A DNA stretch of 64,000 bases from Lingula anatina (Eukaryota; Animalia; Brachiopoda), in assembly GCA_051362555.1 (NCBI GenBank), contig CM120640.1, forward strand, positions 40,092,788 through 40,156,787. Direction: 5' to 3'. Position 1 is the stretch's first letter. Each line of letters opens with the position of its first letter. Shown here in pieces: positions 42,793 through 64,000 of this stretch. The position numbers were made by a program, and so were the translations under genes. A model generated the notes under the pieces. The model had not been told where the DNA came from, ran no database searches, and saw only the letters and a program-made list of their open reading frames with translations.

Positions 42793-44820
42793 ATGTATTT
42801 ACGTGCGCTCGTTTTCACTTTGGTGGTGGCTCTCACTGCAGGTATGTGAATTTCAACCCCCAAATATGAACTAGAGAATACAATATATTTTCATCTATAT
42901 GTCTATTTACGAACGCTACCATTGCCCAAGCGCAAGTTACTAGTTAGAAAAAAGCTAGTTATAAAAAGCGCCAATTTACTTGACGTTTGACTCGAAACTT
43001 TTTAACGTGCACTATGTTTTTTTTTTCTTTTTTTCGATTTTTTATTCTGTGATTTACAATATTTATCTGTATAAATTAATTAGAAGTAGTACTAGTATTG
43101 ATTGATTGTTTAAAACATTTTATCTGTCAATAATTTGTTCTGCGAGTTTTCTTTAAAACACTTTACACCCTTTCAGTGCAATTTATCCCACCTTTCAGGG
43201 AGGCTAGGTCCTTTCAGTTTCCTGACGCCAGCCGTGAGGCCAGTCGTTAAAAAGACAGTGGTACAAGTCGCAAACTGGAGTCTGTGGAGTGAGTTCTCCA
43301 TCTGTACCGCTTCTTGCGGCGGTGGAATTAAGTTGCGCAGGAGAGAATGTCTGGTTCGCCAGGTGTACAGCAAGACCTATGCTCCCGGTCTTTCCGTCTG
43401 TGCTGGCTCCTCCGTTGATATTGCCTTGTGTAACACACACCAATGCAAAAGTAAGTAACAGAAGAAACGAAAAAAGGAAAGTGCTAATCATCATACATGA
43501 CTCTATAACATTATTCGACTTCATATAAAACTATTTAGATTTTTTTGCTCCTTAGATTTATGATAAGGTGACAACGCCAGCCACTTACATTAAATTGAAA
43601 CTATTAGGGGAAAACATGAAGCGCTTAAACCTATCGCTTATGTCAAGCATGAACATTTTTAGCAGAAATAAGGAAATTTAGATTGTTCGAAAAAACTGTC
43701 ATCAAAAAATTCGCCATCATCGCCACAATTGTGGTTTGCGGTCTCAATTGGGCGGAAAAACAATAAAACAAACTTCCTCTGTACATATTCAATTATCTTT
43801 TCATTTCAGTCGAAGGTCATTGGGCGGCTTGGTCAGTGGCTACCCCATGCTGCTCCGGCGTTAAGATCCGCCACCGTACCTGCACCAATCCCATTCCTGT
43901 CAACTCCCCCGAGTGTAAAGGCGATGCTGTTGAGACGACAGTGTGTGAAAAGGGAGAAACTGACGTGTGCGGATGTCCTCAGTCCTGTGCTCCTCGTAGG
44001 TTTTAAAACGTATTTTTTTATCTGTTTAAGCAATTTTAATTGTGTATTTGTTTGTGTGAATATGTCATGCGTTCGTCTTCACGTTTGTAATTAAGGTTTG
44101 CCTGCTATGCTTGCACTATTTCTTTTTCAAAACCCCACACAAACTTTATATGATTTTCTTCGTTAGATAAAATAGGGCCTAATGCAAAAATTGTTGGCAC
44201 TGCGTTAAACCAGATTGACATCAGTCTAGGTATAAGGTTCATCATATGTGATAACGTTAGAATGAAAATGTGCAAAAGGTGCAGCTATTGAATTAATTCA
44301 GACTGGCATCAGCCCAGGCACAGGTAAAGTAATAACGCTTTCGGGGTTTTAATCTCGGAAAATGTGCCGGTGTAACAGGAATGGAAGTCCGCAAGGAACC
44401 GTAGTCCGTTCTCCATCTCTTTGCACATTTGTCCCATCTACTAAAACACAACCTGTACTAATCATATTGAAACGCCGGACTTCCATTCCTAGGACTACCA
44501 TTCTTGTCACACCGGTACAGACCGTATCGTTAATGTAAACAGCGAGGTGTGAAAGGAGTCACTTTTTTAAATCTTGAAAACCATACCGCTGTTCCATGTC
44601 ATTTTCTCTTGTGTCATCTTTATCATCTGACCGCTAAAATTCACTTACCTGAAAAAATGAATTAAACAATAACTTATTTAAGAAGCAGAGGCTGCAACGT
44701 TTGTTTCCAATTTCAGGAAAATCACACTTCCTACCAGTTGAACGTAAGTCGCCAGCCAAAAAGCATGGAGGATATGCGAACGTTAAAACTGGACTCGTCC
44801 GCGTCCCAAACAAGGGCTAA
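42793..44820 (+). CDS. Small secreted protein with two TSP1 repeats (paralogue B), about 196 aa
   Basis: Exons 42793-42841 (MYLRALVFTLVVALTA), 43199-43450 (WSLWSEFSICTASCGGGIKLRRREC..CNTHQC), 43810-43995 (WAAWSVATPCCSGVKIRHRTCTNPIPVNSPECKGDAVETTVCEKGETDVCGCPQSCAP) and 44717-44820 (basic tail). Same exon structure and phases as paralogue A. An Inr-like TCAGTT lies at 42769. Confidence 0.88.
44367..44515. mobile_element. Small MITE / foldback of about 150 bp
   Basis: CCGGTGTAACAGGAATGG versus CCATTCTTGTCACACCGG, with an internal ggacttccattcct inverted copy. Confidence 0.6.
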
Positions 44821-46334
44821 AACGGGATACACAAAAGAGGGAGAGAGAGAAAGAATAGAATTTCCACCATACATACTGAAATAACCAAGCGTAAGAAAAT
44901 GACATTTGCGTTAAAAACATTCATTCAATCTGAGAACACATCGAACATCTACGCATAGTTTCAAATGGGAATCACATGCTTTGCATTTCTCCCGTATTCT
45001 TTGATCCAGATTACTGTGAACTTGATTTCACATCCCAGTGTACGGGAATAATGATTTTATATATATATATATATATCTGACTAGAAATTCAGTCTAGGAA
45101 ATATTACATGTAAAAATGCTATTAAATTTGGCGACTGGAATTTTATAAACCTCTTATCAAATAAAATTTATGTTATTATAATAATGCTGAGACCGTATTA
45201 TTATGTCGTTAAAGGAAGAAAAAAAGAGATAAAAACTTATGCAACCCTTCTTTATGACGGAAACGTGGACAAACCCACTTTTTGCGAAAGCCACAATTAC
45301 AGTATAATAATTATTCATTATCACAAGTTTTGATTATTTGCATATTTTTCTAAATTGATTAAAATGTCTTATATCGAATTGATAAAGTTTCTTCTTGCTG
45401 CTTTTTAATCTGATCTGTTCAAATACGACGAAGAAAAAGGACAACAAAAGCACCCGTTGCCTAGTTTACTTAGAAAAACCTAAATTAACAGAATTTCTTT
45501 GCCACACCATTATTTTGAAGGCACGCAATGGGCATTAGATATTCCTATAAAAACCCTGGGAAATATTAATACTTTTCCATTTATAGCCAAGGCATATAAC
45601 ATCCAAAACCGTTAACAAAATTAACCTACAAGGGGTATAAACCGATTTTGAGTTTTATCTTTATAATTATTGAATCACTTCAGCCACTCTTATTGAGTCA
45701 CTCTTTATGAAGAGACAGAAAGTTGAATTGCAATGACAGCAAAAATAGGTATTTTAAACTAGTAAATGGTTTCTGGCCAGGTACACTGGTGATATAGAAA
45801 AAATTAAATATTCCAGTTTTTTTTAGTTTTAAAATCTAACGCACACTATATTTCTACAGTTTTTGTTATGGGCAAAGCAAATCTGAATTAAAGTTTAAGA
45901 AACAGGTTTGAAAAACCTGATGGTAATTTATTCTTACAGATACTTACGATTACATGACAAATTCATAGTAAAAGACTGGTCACCTCTCTACATTATGCAT
46001 TTTTGAAAACACCATTTTAACTGCATGAATAAATGCATCAACAACATATTGCAAGTAACAGAGTTTTACACCGAGTAAAGAATCTAATATATATTTCAAA
46101 GTTGACAGTTATAAAGTGAAGTGCTTATACCAAAGTAAATTACTATATTCTTTTTTGTTCACAGTAAATCTTTTAAGCATGTAACAAAAAATTACTATTT
46201 TTCTCAACCATGATGAATAAATATTATCACTAATTGACACTCCTTTAAAACTACAATGTTTATAAATGAGATTATCATACATGTTGGGATTCCCCTTTTT
46301 TACATATAAAAAAAAAACAATTTTAAAAAAGTTG

Positions 46335-47465
46335 TTAAGCTTCCTCTCCAGAATTTATTTCAGCCAGCACCTTTTCATTCATGGCTAAAATATTCTTAGC
46401 TCTATTCCCAAATGACATGGAATTAATCACAGCATCTCTGAAGTTCTCTAAAGGTACTGCACAAGCCTTTGGGGCTTTGAATTTCTTTTGTCTGATCATT
46501 TGACACAGAAAGTTGATCATTTCAACACTCTCTGCTGAGTTGACATGGTGGGCATTCCATTCTGACATCCAAAAGCCAAGTATTCTTATGTCACTGAATA
46601 TTAGAGATCCTGTGCCTATAGTCACTGGTTTTCTTGACAACCCACCATAAGTGACCATAACTGAGCCCTTTGCTAGATGCCTTATCATGTTTGTGGCTAC
46701 GTCACCACCCACACAATTCAATGCTAACTTTGGCTTCGATGGCAAACTGTTGATGTAATCCTTCATATTACTGGAGCGCAAAAAGTCCTCACTGACTACT
46801 TTAGCTGCACCGAGTGATTCATGGTGTTGAACACATTCAGGCATGGCATGGTTCCTCACAACGTTGATCAGATTGATTTTTAATTCCTTGCCAATTTGAG
46901 TAACAGCTTGACCCACTGCAGTATTACTTCCATTCTGAATAACGTAATCACCCTCTTTTAAGTCTGCAAAATCCTTCAGCATGCGGTAAGCTGTGCATGG
47001 ATTCACTGCGAGTGTTGCTGCATGTAAAACAGGAATATCGTTCGGAACTGTCCTGATGTCACGTGGGGAACAAACATAGTGGGTAGACCAAGTACCAACG
47101 GAGCCGGCACGTGACGGGAGAACCCAGTCTCCAGGCTTTAAGTTTTGTACCTCAGCCCCTACTTCAATTATTTCACCCACGCCTTCATTCCCTCCTACGG
47201 CAGGTAGCGGTGGCCTGATCGGGTACACACCCTGTATTGTATTGATATCTGCAGGGTTGACAGGAGATGCAAGGACTTTCACAAGCACTTCTCCCCTCTG
47301 AATTTGCAGGATATCACCTTTACTGAGGCGTAAAACTTTTGAAGGATCTCCATACTCGTTGTATGTTATTTTTGAAACTATTCCTGGTGCCGAACTGAGA
47401 CGCCGCACGGTGGGAACCCCAATGTTTTTAAAAGAACTTACAACCCAGGAAATTCGCATGGCCAT
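46335..47465 (-). CDS. MECR: Mitochondrial trans-2-enoyl-[ACP/CoA] reductase, single-exon ORF of 376 aa
   Basis: Uninterrupted ORF with an Arg/Ser-rich targeting-like N-terminus, ASPVNPADINTIQGVY (catalytic Tyr), GNEGVG, AATLAVNPCTAYRML, LALNCVGG, MVTYGG and GFWMSEW. Confidence 0.95.
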   Translation of the reverse strand: MAMRISWVVSSFKNIGVPTVRRLSSAPGIVSKITYNEYGDPSKVLRLSKGDILQIQRGEVLVKVLASPVNPADINTIQGVYPIRPPLPAVGGNEGVGEIIEVGAEVQNLKPGDWVLPSRAGSVGTWSTHYVCSPRDIRTVPNDIPVLHAATLAVNPCTAYRMLKDFADLKEGDYVIQNGSNTAVGQAVTQIGKELKINLINVVRNHAMPECVQHHESLGAAKVVSEDFLRSSNMKDYINSLPSKPKLALNCVGGDVATNMIRHLAKGSVMVTYGGLSRKPVTIGTGSLIFSDIRILGFWMSEWNAHHVNSAESVEMINFLCQMIRQKKFKAPKACAVPLENFRDAVINSMSFGNRAKNILAMNEKVLAEINSGEEA

Positions 47466-47777
47466 TGTAGGTCAAGGTTACAGTTAAACTGGGTCAATTT
47501 ATAAACGAAAACAAAGATCGAATAAAAACTTGAGTAATATTGCTCAAAGAGATTTATAATAGTAACAAATAATCAGAATCAGAAAGTGGAAAAGTAAAAT
47601 ATATGTAAACCATGAATTTTGGCTTTTCTGCCACAATTTATTTTCCAGTGTTCGGTAAAATTCCTATTTGTATTAGTGCCTGTACTTCCTGGATACATCT
47701 GACAACAAAATGGCGGCCTCCACGATTATCTGAAATATATATTTATCCTGGCTGATTAACGGGGAGAATACATAACG
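47466..47777. promoter_or_regulatory. Compact bidirectional promoter for MECR and SPAG17 with YY1 and ETS motifs
   Basis: Divergent ATGs are 312 bp apart. CAAAATGGCGGC (YY1 consensus) at 47706-47717 and ACTTCCTG (ETS-like) at 47684-47691. Confidence 0.65.
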
Positions 47778-63953
<16,176 letters not shown>

Positions 63954-64000
63954 GTAAAATTATGATAAATACAAGTGATATATTATCTCTTTCTATGCCT

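Noticed and set aside
42663-42874. ORF-track ORFs MLHFKR... and MGQLNP... as the first exon of TSR gene B
   Set aside because: The third frame from ATG 42793 gives a clean signal peptide and the correct phase-1 donor, matching paralogue A.
39028-44820. Annotating the TSR exons as constitutive 3' exons of the protease
   Set aside because: The protease has its own stop-containing exon, and each TSR gene has its own signal-peptide exon and stop. Read-through is kept only as a hypothesis.
46335-47465. Horizontal transfer from bacteria as the reason MECR lacks introns
   Set aside because: It has a mitochondrial-targeting-like N-terminus, animal-type MECR motifs and host-like composition; retroposition or intron loss is simpler.

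Overview
This is an AT-rich, intron-rich animal genomic window; gene and repeat content suggest a marine invertebrate, possibly a mollusc (inference). I assembled spliced gene models by hand from GT-AG sites and reading phase. Left to right: (1) an SLC1A/EAAT glutamate transporter (- strand, 3' end runs off the window); (2) an isolated NUDT15-like Nudix exon with no partner exons visible; (3) an SVOPL MFS transporter (-); (4) a secreted ADAMTS-like M12B zinc metalloprotease (+) with no thrombospondin repeats and no Cys in its prodomain; (5-6) two tandem paralogous small secreted genes made only of thrombospondin type-1 repeats (TSR), directly downstream on the same strand; (7) an intronless MECR (-) head-to-head with (8) SPAG17/PF6 (+, runs off the window). 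Introns hold several mobile elements: an AcademH-type element with a RecQ helicase stub and 9-bp TSD, a pearl/Helentron-like element, nested MITEs, and an EnSpm-like TIR element containing a deleted Gypsy LTR element. The best candidate for an undescribed system is the 'split ADAMTS' cluster (31.2-44.8 kb), where the splice phases would allow a TSR-containing ADAMTS to be rebuilt in frame. All family calls rest on motif recognition from memory, not on database searches.
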